From an uncultured bacterium (GTDB lineage Bacteria > RBG-13-61-14 > DATKZS01), in NCBI GenBank assembly GCA_964650485.1, contig CAZYTX010000015.1:6182-70181 (forward strand): a stretch of 64,000 bases of DNA, given 5' to 3'. The notes under the pieces are model-generated. The model did no database searches, was not told where the DNA came from, and saw only the letters and a list, made by a program, of their open reading frames with translations. Position 1 is the stretch's first letter; each line of letters begins with the position of its first letter. Both the position numbers and the translations under genes were made by a program. This document shows positions 8,832 through 18,046 of the stretch, in pieces.

Positions 8832-9842
8832 CTATGGTTCTACGTATACCCGCTGGCGCCTGGACGGAGGGCTCTGGTTGGGCGCCGCCGCGTTGTCCAC
8901 CGCGGTGATCGCGTACTCGTACTCCGCGCCGGCCCTGGCGGTCCGGTCGAGGTAACCGGTCTCTTTCAGGGGGTCGAGGAATAGCTGCTTGAAGTCGGTC
9001 TTTCCCGGCCTCCTCCTCCATACCAGGTACCCGTCGAGGTCCGGCTCCTGGTTCATAAGCCAGGAAAGCTGAACACCCTCGCCGGTCCAGGCGGCGCTCA
9101 CCCCCTTGGGCGCCGCGGGCGGGACCTTGTCCACCGGGACCACGCTGACCCGGGCCGGCGGCCCCTCCACACTCGGGTACCCGGGCGGCTGGATCATTGC
9201 CCTTATCTCGTAGAAGTATTGGGCCCCGTTCTCGACGGGGCCGTCGGAGAAGCGGGTCGCGGCGATGGGCTCCGGGTTCACTGGATGGAAGGACTCGAGT
9301 GCCGGGCTCCCGGTCCGGTACAGGTTATATAAGAGGCCGGGTGGTGCGCCTTCCGGGGGCCGCCATGTTACGTCCGCGTGACCGTCGCCCGGCTCGGCCG
9401 CGGGGTTCTTTGGCGCACCCGGCGGCTGCGGGTTCATGGCCTTCACCGGCCCCGCGGCCTCGCCGCTCTCCTGCTCCGCTGATACGCCCCGGACCTTGTA
9501 AAGAGCGGCCCGGCCGTGCTCCAGGGAGCAGTCGGAAAAGCGGGTCTTGTCCGTGCTTTCAATGACCATATACGAAGGCGATCCCCTGTGGCCGGGCTCC
9601 TCGGCGCGCAGCACCTGGTAGCTTGTCGCGGCCACCTTTTGCGGGGGCTTTTCCTCCGGCGCTGTCCAGGACAGCTCTACGCAACCCTCGCGCACCAGCG
9701 CGGCAAGGTCCCCGGGCCTGGCCGGCGCCGGGACCAGCGGCGGCTCCGGCAAGGCCTTCACCCCGCAGTAGCAGAGCAGGAGACCGGCCGCGCACAAAGG
9801 CGTGTATATTATAGGGTATTGGAGGCGCTTGCCTGAGATCAT
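8832..9842 (-). CDS. Secreted protein with three fibronectin type III-like repeats
   Basis: N-terminal hydrophobic segment with LLLCYCG. Three ~90-aa repeats, each starting with a P-rich linker then a Y/W-rich beta motif (LSWTAPE..., VTWRPPE..., LSWLMNQ...). Start ATGA overlaps the hisA stop. Confidence 0.5.
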   Translation of the reverse strand: MISGKRLQYPIIYTPLCAAGLLLCYCGVKALPEPPLVPAPARPGDLAALVREGCVELSWTAPEEKPPQKVAATSYQVLRAEEPGHRGSPSYMVIESTDKTRFSDCSLEHGRAALYKVRGVSAEQESGEAAGPVKAMNPQPPGAPKNPAAEPGDGHADVTWRPPEGAPPGLLYNLYRTGSPALESFHPVNPEPIAATRFSDGPVENGAQYFYEIRAMIQPPGYPSVEGPPARVSVVPVDKVPPAAPKGVSAAWTGEGVQLSWLMNQEPDLDGYLVWRRRPGKTDFKQLFLDPLKETGYLDRTARAGAEYEYAITAVDNAAAPNQSPPSRRQRVYVEP

Positions 9843-10573
9843 TCCCCCGCGTCCTTTGCAATCTTTATGGCCCGGGCCAGGTCCAGGGTCCCCTCGTAAA
9901 TGGCCCTGCCGGTGATCACCCCTATGACCCCGTCCTCCTCGTGCTTTTTAATCTGCATAATATGCTCGATAGTCTTGACGCCCCCGGAGGCTATGACCGG
10001 GAGGCTTATTTTCCGTGCCAGGTCCGCGGTGCTCTCCACCGACGGCCCGGTCATCATGCCGTCCCTTTTTATGTCCGTGTATATGATGGCGGCCACCTCC
10101 ATTCCCTGGTAGGGCGCGGCCAGCTCGGCCGCGGGGACGTCGGTGAGCTCGGCCCACCCCTTGACCGAGACCTTCCCCTCCCTGGCGTCCACGCCCACCG
10201 CTATCCTTTTCGGGTAAGCTTCACTCGCCCTTTCCACCAGTTGGGGGTCCTTGTGCGCCGCGGTGCCCAGCACCACCCGGTGCACGCCCTCCTGCAGGTA
10301 TGACTTTATCGTATGCATGCGTCGCAGGCCGCCGCCCAGCTCCACGGGGACATCCACGGCCTTTACAACATCGAGCACCGCCTCCCTGTTCACGGGCCCT
10401 CCGGCGAACGCCCCCTCCAGGTCCACCACGTGTATGAGCTCCGCGCCCATGGACGCCCACTTGCGGGCCACGGCAGCAGGGTCGTCCGAGTAGGCCTTGT
10501 CCCTGTCCATCATGCCCTGCTCGAGCCTGACCACCCTGCCCCCTTTCAGGTCTATGGCGGGAATGACAATCAT
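9839..10573 (-). CDS. hisA: HisA-like (beta/alpha)8 isomerase: 1-(5-phosphoribosyl)-5-[(5-phosphoribosylamino)methylideneamino]imidazole-4-carboxamide isomerase
   Basis: MIVIPAIDLKGGRVVRL...GGGLRR...VVLGTAA...ASGGVKTIEHI are HisA/HisF family signatures. The start ATG at 10573 lies in the conserved leader module. No other his genes are nearby. Confidence 0.65.
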   Translation of the reverse strand: MIVIPAIDLKGGRVVRLEQGMMDRDKAYSDDPAAVARKWASMGAELIHVVDLEGAFAGGPVNREAVLDVVKAVDVPVELGGGLRRMHTIKSYLQEGVHRVVLGTAAHKDPQLVERASEAYPKRIAVGVDAREGKVSVKGWAELTDVPAAELAAPYQGMEVAAIIYTDIKRDGMMTGPSVESTADLARKISLPVIASGGVKTIEHIMQIKKHEEDGVIGVITGRAIYEGTLDLARAIKIAKDAGE

Positions 10574-10640
10574 GTGCACCTTTCCATCCAACCTGCTCCC
10601 TTCGGTCGCACACATAGCAAGCTATGCGTGTTACCGCCAC
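10574..10640 (-). repeat. Conserved intergenic leader module, copy B (10-bp-stem hairpin with one compensatory G-U, GGGAGCAGG, GTGCACATGA at the hisA start)
   Basis: Reverse complement of 10587-10636 matches 709-756 at about 45 of 48 nt. It lies between the mutase stop (10653) and the hisA start (10573). Confidence 0.6.
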
Positions 10641-10652
10641 GGCCGCCCGTCC

Positions 10653-12323
10653 TCAGAAGAGCACCGGGGGCCTGTACTCGCCGAAGGCCGCCCTCCAAAC
10701 GTCGCATATCTCTCCCACCGATGCGTATGCCTTTACCGCCTCCAGCACGCAGGGCATGAGGTTGTCGCCGCCGCGGGAGGCGTTCTCCAGCCGCTGCATG
10801 CTTTGCTTGTATTTTTCCGGGTCCCTGTTTGCGCGCACCTTCCTCAGCGCCTCGACCTGCTCCTGTTCGACCTCCTCCCCGATCTTGAGGGTCGGCACCG
10901 GCGGGTAGTCCTCGGTTGCGTACTTGTTCACGCCCACGATCACCTGGTCGCCCTCTTCCACCGCGAGCTGGTAGCGGTATGAGGCGTCGGCTATCTCCCG
11001 CTGCGGGAACCCCTTCTCGATGGCCGCGACCATTCCTCCCATCTCCTCGATCCTGTGGATGTAGTCCCATGCCTCGTCCTCCATGCGGTCGGTGAGCTGC
11101 TCCAGGTAGTACGAGCCGGCCAGCGGGTCTATGGAGTGGGCCGCCCCCGACTCCTCGGCGATGACCTGCTGGGTGCGCAGGGCCACGGTCACGGCCTCCT
11201 CCGTGGGCAGGGACAGGGTCTCGTCCATGGAGTTGGTGTGCAGGCTCTGGGTGCCGCCCATGACCGCGGCCAGTGCCTGTATAGTTGTGCGTATGACGTT
11301 GTTGTGCGGCTGCTGTGCGGTGAGCGAGCACCCCGCGGTCTGTGTGTGGAAGCGCATGATCCTGCTCTTTTGCTCTTTGGCGTTGAAGCGGTCCTTCATG
11401 ATCTTCGCCCACATCCTGCGGGCGGCCCTGAACTTCGCCACCTCCTCGAAGAAGTCGTTGTGGGAGTTGAAGAAGAAGGACAGCCGGGGGGCGAAGGCGT
11501 CCACCGGAAGCCCGGCGTCAATGCCGGCCTGCACGTAGCACATGCCGTCGGCTATGGTGAATGCCAGCTCCTGGGCCGCGGTGCTCCCCGCCTCCCTGAT
11601 GTGGTAGCCGGATATGGATATGGTGTTCCACCTGGGCACGCGCTCGGCGCAGAATCCCATGATGTCGGTGATGATGCGCAGCGATGGCCGGGGCGGGAAT
11701 ATCCACGACTTCTGGGCGATGTACTCCTTCAGTATGTCGTTCTGTATGGTGCCGCCGATCTCCGCTGCCGGGGCCCCCTGCTTCTCGGCCACTGCCATGT
11801 ACATGGAAAGCAGTATGGACGCGGGCGCGTTTATGGTCATGGAGGTGGTGACCTTGTCGAGAGGGATGCCCTGGAACAGTGTCTCCATGTCTGCAAGGGT
11901 GTCCACGGCCACGCCCACCTTCCCCACCTCGCCCAGGGAGCGGGGATGGTCCGAGTCGCGCCCCATGATGGTGGGCAGGTGGAAGGCCACGGACAGGCCG
12001 GTGACCCCCTGCTGCATGAGGTAGTGGAAGCGCTGGTTGCTCTCCCTGGCGGTGCCGAACCCGGCGAACTGTCTCATGGTCCAGAGCCTTCCCCTGTACA
12101 TGGTCGGGTATACTCCTCGTGTATAGGGGTGCCGGCCCGGGAAGCCGAGCTTTTGCTCGTAGTCGAAACCGGGCAGGTCGTGGGGGGTGACCAGCCTTGG
12201 TATCTCCCGCATGGACACGGTCTTGAAGCGCTCTTTCCTCTCGGGTGACTTCGCAAGGTGCGGCTCCAGCGCCTCCTTTTCCCACTGGACCTTTGAGTGG
12301 GTGGAAGATTTCTTGTCCGCCAT
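10653..12323 (-). CDS. Coenzyme B12-dependent acyl-CoA mutase large (substrate-binding TIM-barrel) subunit: methylmalonyl-CoA / isobutyryl-CoA mutase family, no fused B12-binding domain
   Basis: 556 aa. [39 protein letters not shown]..., ...[14 protein letters not shown]... and the overall length match MCM/IcmA catalytic subunits. No cobalamin-binding small subunit or MeaB is adjacent. Confidence 0.8.
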   Translation of the reverse strand: MADKKSSTHSKVQWEKEALEPHLAKSPERKERFKTVSMREIPRLVTPHDLPGFDYEQKLGFPGRHPYTRGVYPTMYRGRLWTMRQFAGFGTARESNQRFHYLMQQGVTGLSVAFHLPTIMGRDSDHPRSLGEVGKVGVAVDTLADMETLFQGIPLDKVTTSMTINAPASILLSMYMAVAEKQGAPAAEIGGTIQNDILKEYIAQKSWIFPPRPSLRIITDIMGFCAERVPRWNTISISGYHIREAGSTAAQELAFTIADGMCYVQAGIDAGLPVDAFAPRLSFFFNSHNDFFEEVAKFRAARRMWAKIMKDRFNAKEQKSRIMRFHTQTAGCSLTAQQPHNNVIRTTIQALAAVMGGTQSLHTNSMDETLSLPTEEAVTVALRTQQVIAEESGAAHSIDPLAGSYYLEQLTDRMEDEAWDYIHRIEEMGGMVAAIEKGFPQREIADASYRYQLAVEEGDQVIVGVNKYATEDYPPVPTLKIGEEVEQEQVEALRKVRANRDPEKYKQSMQRLENASRGGDNLMPCVLEAVKAYASVGEICDVWRAAFGEYRPPVLF

Positions 12324-12371
12324 CTTAAAAAACCTCCGACAGGCAAATGACAGCCCGGCCGCGTCCGCTCC

Positions 12372-12965
12372 TCAGCCCGGTGGCGGGGCGGTGCGGTTCG
12401 AGGCCCGCTCCTGGTTCTTGAGCACGCTCTCGATCGCGCCCGCGAGCGCCGCGGGGTCCTCGGGGCTCAGCACCCAGACCCTTCCCTTGCTCTTCTCAAC
12501 GGCCAGGGCCCCGCTGACCGCGGGGGTCAGGTTTGCATAACCTGGCCGGAAAAAGGTCTTCTTTGTCTCCATCTCCGAGAACTCGCGCACGCCTTTCAAG
12601 TCTTCGGCCCGGAGTGTCCGCCTGCCAAAGAGCATATCGAAGAGTATCTCGTCCTCGTAGACGACCACCTTTCTCGGGTAGAAGCTCGCCGCCCAGAAGA
12701 CCCATATGAGCACGATGCCGACGAGGGCCGCCATGAGGTAGGCCGGCATCCTCGTCTCCAGCATGGGGTCGAAGCGCATGACCAGCTCCTTGTAAAGGTA
12801 TGCAAGCGCGGCGGCCCCCAAAACGGCCATGATGAACAGGGGCAGCTCGTAAAAGAGCGCTTTTATCTCCGCGCTCCTCATGAGGCTCTCGTGTATGGGC
12901 TCGCCCTCGTCCATGTACACCTCCCAATCTCTCCGCTGCATTACTGCAGAGCGGTCATCATCCAC
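12372..12965 (-). CDS. Membrane protein with bacterial PH (bPH_2, YdbS/YdbT-like) domain
   Basis: Two TM helices (LPLFIMAVLGAAALAYLY, LMAALVGIVLIWVFWAASF) followed by a ~90-aa soluble domain, typical of DUF304/bPH_2 proteins. Confidence 0.45.
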   Translation of the reverse strand: MDDDRSAVMQRRDWEVYMDEGEPIHESLMRSAEIKALFYELPLFIMAVLGAAALAYLYKELVMRFDPMLETRMPAYLMAALVGIVLIWVFWAASFYPRKVVVYEDEILFDMLFGRRTLRAEDLKGVREFSEMETKKTFFRPGYANLTPAVSGALAVEKSKGRVWVLSPEDPAALAGAIESVLKNQERASNRTAPPPG

Positions 12966-13024
12966 TGGTTATTATATATACTTTCCGGGGGACATGGTAG
13001 GGATGGCCGCCAGGAACAGCCGAT

Positions 13025-13056
13025 CAAAGAAAGGCGGGACCCGTAAAGGCCCCGCC
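13025..13056 (-). terminator. Rho-independent terminator downstream of fhs
   Basis: On the minus strand: GGCGGGGCC-TTTAC-GGGTCCCGCC (9-bp stem with one G-U) followed by TTTCTTTG, 27 nt after the fhs stop codon. Confidence 0.55.
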
Positions 13057-13082
13057 TTCTCCTCCTTCTGACCCGAAACTTA

Positions 13083-14861
13083 TCAGAACAGCCCGGTGAC
13101 CTTCTTGGTCTTCAGGTTCACGTCTATCTTCCTGTAGGCCGGGTCCGAGGCGGTGCCGGGCATGAGCTTTATCGGTCCCGCCACCGGCACCAGGAAGCCG
13201 GCTCCCATGTATGTGAGGATGTCCCTGATGTTCAGGGTCCAGCCCCTTGGGGCGCCCGGCACTCCGGGCACGTCGGTGAGTGAGAGGTGAGTTTTTACCA
13301 TGCAGGTCCCCAGCTTCTTGGCCTCGGGGTCCTTCTCCAGCCTCTCCAGCTTTGCCTGGGCCGCGGGGGTGTAGCTTACGTCCTTGGCACCGTACACGTC
13401 CTTGGCTATCTTCTGTATGCGGGAAGAGAGCGGCATGGTGTCCGGGTAGAGGAACTTGAACTTGGACTTGTCCTTGCAGGCGTCCACCACCGCGTCGGTG
13501 AACTCCAGTGCCCCGTCGCCGCCTTTTGCCCAGTGCTCGGAGTAGGCCGCCCTTGCACCGGCCTGCTCGGCTATCCTGCGCACGGCGTTGACCTCGCGCT
13601 TGGTGTCCAGCCTGAACCCGTTGATGCACACCACCGGGTTGATCCCGGCCTTTCTCAGGGTCTTGATGTGGTGCACCAGGTTGGTCTCCGCGCCCTTTGA
13701 CACCAGCTTCACGTTCTCCTTGGTGTAAGCCTCGTCCAGGGGCCTGCCCGGCGCCACCTTGGGCCCGCCGCCGTGCATCTTCAGCGCCCTGATGGTGGCC
13801 ACCAGCACCGCGCAGTGGGGCTTGAGACCGGAGAAGCGGCACTTCAAGTTCCAGAACTTCTCGAACCCGATGTCGGCCCCGAACCCGGACTCGGTCACGT
13901 GATAGTCGCTGAGCTTGAGACCCACCCTGTCCGCCACGATCGAGCTCTGGCCGATGGCTATGTTTGCGAACGGGCCCGCGTGCACGAACACCGGCTGCCC
14001 TTCCACCGTCTGCATGAGGTTGGGGTTCAGGGCCTTTAGCATGAGCGCGGTCATGGCCCCGCCCACCTCCAGGTCCCCGGTGGTCACCGGGGCGCCTTTC
14101 TTGTCGTAGCCCACCACTATCTTGTCCATCCTCTCCCGGAAGTCCTTGATGTCGGTGAACACCGCAAGGCAGGCCATGACCTCGGAGCTAACCGTTATGT
14201 CGAAACGCGACTCCATCATGAACCCGTCCATCTTGCCGCCTATGCCGATTACTATGTCTCTTAGCGCCTGTACGCACAGGTCAATCACGAAGCCCATCTC
14301 CAGGTTGTTGGGGTCTATGTCGAGCCTTTTGAGCTTCTTCGAGCGCAGAACCTTGTCGTCGTAGTTGAACTCGTGCTGCATGCGCGAGGTCAGGGCCACC
14401 ATGGCCAGGTTATGGGCCTGGGTGATGCAGTCAATGTCGCCGGTGAGCCCCAGCGAGAACTCGGGAAGGGGCACGCACTGGGCCACGCCTCCACCTGCGG
14501 CGCTCCCCTTGATGTTGAAGGTCGGCCCCGAGGACGGCTGGCGTATGGCCCCCACCACCTTCAGGCCCCGCTTGCCCATGCCCTCGATCAGGCCCATGGA
14601 GGACGTGGTTTTGCCCTCGCCCAGGGGGGTGGGGGTGATGGCGGTCACGTCAATGTACTTTGCATTGGGCCGGTTCTTGAGCCGGTCCACCACCTTGCCG
14701 TAGTCCACCTTTGCCACCCGCTTGCCCATGGGTATGAGCTCTTCGTCCTTGATCCCGAGCTCGTCGGCAAGCTGATGGGGGGACTTCATCTGCTTCTCGG
14801 CCATCTCCGAGATCTGCCAGTCCTCGTAAAACTTCTTGTTCAGATCGAATTTCAACGCCAT
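13083..14861 (-). CDS. fhs: Formate--tetrahydrofolate ligase
   Basis: 592 aa. ...[17 protein letters not shown]... P-loop, ...[18 protein letters not shown]..., ...[12 protein letters not shown]... are diagnostic for Fhs. Confidence 0.9.
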   Translation of the reverse strand: MALKFDLNKKFYEDWQISEMAEKQMKSPHQLADELGIKDEELIPMGKRVAKVDYGKVVDRLKNRPNAKYIDVTAITPTPLGEGKTTSSMGLIEGMGKRGLKVVGAIRQPSSGPTFNIKGSAAGGGVAQCVPLPEFSLGLTGDIDCITQAHNLAMVALTSRMQHEFNYDDKVLRSKKLKRLDIDPNNLEMGFVIDLCVQALRDIVIGIGGKMDGFMMESRFDITVSSEVMACLAVFTDIKDFRERMDKIVVGYDKKGAPVTTGDLEVGGAMTALMLKALNPNLMQTVEGQPVFVHAGPFANIAIGQSSIVADRVGLKLSDYHVTESGFGADIGFEKFWNLKCRFSGLKPHCAVLVATIRALKMHGGGPKVAPGRPLDEAYTKENVKLVSKGAETNLVHHIKTLRKAGINPVVCINGFRLDTKREVNAVRRIAEQAGARAAYSEHWAKGGDGALEFTDAVVDACKDKSKFKFLYPDTMPLSSRIQKIAKDVYGAKDVSYTPAAQAKLERLEKDPEAKKLGTCMVKTHLSLTDVPGVPGAPRGWTLNIRDILTYMGAGFLVPVAGPIKLMPGTASDPAYRKIDVNLKTKKVTGLF

Positions 14862-15106
14862 TTCAGTCTACCTCCTTTATTCCGTACTTCTTAAAACTTC
14901 CGCCCCGGGCCGACCGGAGCGAACCTCTTGCCTGAAACGAATTGTGCCCCGCTTCCAACCGCCGGACACAATATCAGGTTTTTTTATCATAATTTTGGGT
15001 TTTTCGCAAGCACTGCTCTGAATCCTTGCCTGCGGGTCGCTGGCATGGACCGGGAGCGCGTGTAAAATATGTATATAGAAAGACTTGAAAGGCGGTTTGA
15101 TAGGTC

Positions 15107-15307
15107 ATGTCATCCACGTTCAAGGAATGGGAGGCCTCGGAGCTCTTCTGCCCGCGCTGCCAGAAGCCGGTGCCTGTTAGGAAGAAGCTCTTGCTTGTGC
15201 TTTCGGACGGCGACAAATACGATTACGTCTGCTCGATATGCGGCAGCTCGGTGGGCGCCAAGATGGACAAGAAGAACAACCGGCTCGGGGGCCTTATAAG
15301 TTTTTAG
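15107..15307 (+). CDS. Small zinc-ribbon protein (66 aa, CPRC ... CSIC)
   Basis: ELFCPRCQKPVPV and DYVCSICGSSVG form two CxxC pairs. Stop overlaps the start region of the neighbouring minus-strand gene. Confidence 0.4.
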   Translation: MSSTFKEWEASELFCPRCQKPVPVRKKLLLVLSDGDKYDYVCSICGSSVGAKMDKKNNRLGGLISF

Positions 15308-15939
15308 AAGTCCGCCTTGAGGGTCCCGCCCAGCCCGGCCAGGTGGTGGGTGTCGTTCATGGCGTATACCACGGCCCGGGGCGGGTCGTACTCGAAGCGG
15401 TTTATGCAGGTGGTGTCCTGGCGCACCACCCAGAACTTGTCCGCCCTGGCACCGAACAGTCCCAGCATCACCAGCTTGCACACCACCCGGTGCGAGCAGA
15501 GCACAATGGCCGCTTCCGGGTGCTCGATCCCCAGCCTTGACAGTGCCCGCATGGCCCTGGCCTGGACCCCGTCCAGGCTCTCCCCCCGGGGGATGTCCGC
15601 GGTGTGGGGGGCCTCCTTCCAGGCATTGAAAAGGTCCGGGTACTTGTCCTTGACCTCCCCCCCTGCCATGCCCTCCCAGTCGCCGAAGTCCATGTCTATG
15701 ATCCCCTCAAGGGGGACCACCTCCTTGCCCAGCCTCGATGCCAGGGGCTCAAGCGTCTGCATGGCCCGCGACAAGGGGCTCGCAAAGATATAGTCTATGC
15801 TCTCATTCGAAAACGCATCAGCCACCGCCTCGGCCTCCCTCCGGCCCTGGTCGGAGAGGGGAACGTCCTTCCTGCCCCGGAAACGCTGGTCCTTGTTCCA
15901 GGCGGTCTGGCCGTGCCTTACCAGGAAGAACTTTGCCAT
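15304..15939 (-). CDS. Histidine phosphatase family protein (phosphoglycerate mutase-like)
   Basis: MAKFFLVRHGQTAWN...RFRG is the RHG catalytic motif of branch-1 histidine phosphatases. Start chosen at MAKFF (codon 7 of ORF). Confidence 0.7.
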   Translation of the reverse strand: MAKFFLVRHGQTAWNKDQRFRGRKDVPLSDQGRREAEAVADAFSNESIDYIFASPLSRAMQTLEPLASRLGKEVVPLEGIIDMDFGDWEGMAGGEVKDKYPDLFNAWKEAPHTADIPRGESLDGVQARAMRALSRLGIEHPEAAIVLCSHRVVCKLVMLGLFGARADKFWVVRQDTTCINRFEYDPPRAVVYAMNDTHHLAGLGGTLKADF

Positions 15940-15953
15940 GTGCGCACCTCCTT

Positions 15954-17234
15954 TCACTCCTCTTCTACAAAGACCGCCCTCATTATCTCGGGGCCGCCGT
16001 CCTGGTTCTTGTCATCCAGGTTTGCAAAGGATACGAACACCACCGTCTTTCCATCCCGGCTTATGTCCGGGCTTTTAGAGAACCCGAAGGGAAAATCGGT
16101 CACGGGTGAGGGCATGGTCCGGGGCGGGCTCTTGTGTTCGGACACGGCTTTTATCATCTTTTCAACCGGCACGTCGAGGATGAATATCTCCGGGTTGCGC
16201 TCCGGGTTCACATCGTCCGCTGCCACGCCCGTGCTCAGCGGGGAGGAGAACACCAGCCTGGAGCCGTCTTTGCTCCACCTCAATTGCCCCGCCTGGAAAT
16301 GCAGCCCGGGCTCCGCCGGCACGGCCCTCTGTGCCATGAAGTGCAGCCTGGGCCTAAACTCCCCGGTCATGCGCTCCTTTCCGCAGTTCGAGGTGAATGC
16401 TATGAGCCTGCCCTGAGGGTGCAGGGCCGGCGGCCCGTTTTCGCAGGTCTCGGTGCGGGTTAGCTGCCTGGGTTTTCCCTTGAAACTGAAGCTCATGAGC
16501 TCGTAGTTAAGGTCCGGGTTCCCGCCCACGCTCCTTCCGTCCACAATAACGGGCAATGAGCTCGTTTCCCCGGGCGCAGCGGTGCCGGCCACGTCCGCCT
16601 TGCACCTTGCCACCACCGAGTCCGCAGCCACCGCGGGCGCCTCGCATATTCCATTGCCCGATGTATCGCTTAGCTGCCTGACCTTTATCTCTTCGGCGTT
16701 GAGCTCGGCCATGAATATCTCCTGGCTGCCGTCCGGGTTCTTGTCTGAAAGGTCGGCCCGTGACACGAAGGCCAGTCGCCTGTTGTCATGGGACCACGAG
16801 GGGCTGGCGCTGGGAAGACCGTTTCCCTGTGTGATGACCCGAACCTTGCCGGACAGCTCCATCACCACTATCTCCATGCCCCTTCCCGAGTTCTTGCCCT
16901 GGAAGAAGCAGTTGGAAGAAAACGCCAGCGCATCCTCGTCAGGGGACGGGGCCAGGTCCGTGAACATGCAGTTATGCTCGCTGGTAAGCCTCTTGATCCC
17001 GCCGTCCTCCCACATGTACACCTGCTGTCCGCCGGGACCCCGGTCCGGGATCAGGGAGCAGTCTGACACGAAATACACCCGCTCGCCGTCCGGGCTCACC
17101 CGTGGCGAAAAGCTCTTTCCCCCGGTGCAGGAGGTGAGCTGGGTGATTTTCCAGTGGCCTTGTGCATGGACCGCCTGGGCCAGCAGGAAGGCTATGCATA
17201 ACATAAATGCGGTCCCTGCTGTCAGTCCCTTCAT
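15954..17234 (-). CDS. Secreted TolB-like beta-propeller protein (PD40/WD40-like repeats)
   Basis: Signal peptide MKGLTAGTAFMLCIAFLLAQAVHAQ. Repeated SP(S/D)G.R(L/V)(A/Y)F(V/T)S motifs (SPRVSPDGERVYFVSD, SPSWSHDNRRLAFVSR, ALHPQGRLIAFTSN, LRWSKDGSRLVFSS, SKSPDISRDGKTVVFVS). Confidence 0.7.
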   Translation of the reverse strand: MKGLTAGTAFMLCIAFLLAQAVHAQGHWKITQLTSCTGGKSFSPRVSPDGERVYFVSDCSLIPDRGPGGQQVYMWEDGGIKRLTSEHNCMFTDLAPSPDEDALAFSSNCFFQGKNSGRGMEIVVMELSGKVRVITQGNGLPSASPSWSHDNRRLAFVSRADLSDKNPDGSQEIFMAELNAEEIKVRQLSDTSGNGICEAPAVAADSVVARCKADVAGTAAPGETSSLPVIVDGRSVGGNPDLNYELMSFSFKGKPRQLTRTETCENGPPALHPQGRLIAFTSNCGKERMTGEFRPRLHFMAQRAVPAEPGLHFQAGQLRWSKDGSRLVFSSPLSTGVAADDVNPERNPEIFILDVPVEKMIKAVSEHKSPPRTMPSPVTDFPFGFSKSPDISRDGKTVVFVSFANLDDKNQDGGPEIMRAVFVEEE

Positions 17235-17237
17235 TTG

Positions 17238-17960
17238 TCAGCGCGTCCTTCTCGCAAGGAAGATGAAATCACCCGTCTGAAAACCCGGCCTGTCCAGGCG
17301 ATAAAGCCCGCTCTTCTCCCCTGATTCTCCTTGCCGGGAAAGGCAGGGGACCCGGGCCATGTCCCTGAAAAAGGCCCGGGGCTCATATCTTTTTCCCATG
17401 ACCTCCTGGCAGAGCGCCAAAAAGGACTCCCTTGAGAACACCCCGGGCAGGAGGTCGAACATGCGGGGCGTGAGCAGGGCCAGCTCACGCAGCCTGGCCC
17501 TGGCCGCGGCCAGTATCTTCGGGTGGTCGAATGCCAGCTCGGGCGGCCTTCGCAAGGGGAACAGCCCGGCATCTCTTGCGTCGTCGCCCGCCCGGGGCCT
17601 CGCCCTGTGCGGCCTCACAAGCGCCATGTATGCCGCGGAGATCACCCTGGCCCGGGGGTCACGCTCCGGGTCACCGAACATGCCGACAGGTATCAGGCTC
17701 ACCCTCTTGAGACCGGTCTCCTCGCAAAGCTCGCGCCGGGCCGCCACCTCCAGCGGCTCGTCAATCTCCACGAAACCGCCCGGGAGGGCCCAGTACCCCT
17801 TGTAAGGGTCGTGCCTGCGCTGGATCAAGACCACCTTCAGCCTCTCGTCTGAAAAGGTGACTATAACCACGTCGCAGGCCACCGATGGCTTTTTGTACTT
17901 CGAGTGGTCATACCCTTGCGGCGCCGTGTGCCCGGGCCTCTGAAAGCGCTTGTTTTGCAT
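17238..17960 (-). CDS. NUDIX hydrolase with C-terminal winged-helix-like extension (NrtR/ADP-ribose pyrophosphatase-like)
   Basis: Nudix box GGFVEIDEPLEVAARRELCEETGL. An extra C-terminal domain of ~90 aa resembles NrtR-type regulators; that part is inference. Confidence 0.6.
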   Translation of the reverse strand: MQNKRFQRPGHTAPQGYDHSKYKKPSVACDVVIVTFSDERLKVVLIQRRHDPYKGYWALPGGFVEIDEPLEVAARRELCEETGLKRVSLIPVGMFGDPERDPRARVISAAYMALVRPHRARPRAGDDARDAGLFPLRRPPELAFDHPKILAAARARLRELALLTPRMFDLLPGVFSRESFLALCQEVMGKRYEPRAFFRDMARVPCLSRQGESGEKSGLYRLDRPGFQTGDFIFLARRTR

Positions 17961-18046
17961 CTTCGCATACCATGTTATGAGGAGGCGATAACATAGTCAA
18001 GCAGAAAAGGCGCCTCTTTTGGCAAAGCATAAACATGTGATAATTC

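Noticed and set aside
10570-12285. Several long ORFs (10570..11412 -, 11055..12248 +, 11518..12285 -) overlapping the acyl-CoA mutase gene
   Set aside because: Alternative-frame or antisense ORFs within a clearly conserved mutase gene, with biased RGPH-rich composition. They are artefacts of high GC.
13024-13842. 272-aa minus-strand ORF (Gly/Arg/Pro-rich) listed in the ORF track
   Set aside because: It lies entirely inside the fhs coding region in another frame. The composition is the typical low-complexity product of an off-frame read of GC-rich coding DNA. fhs is unambiguous.
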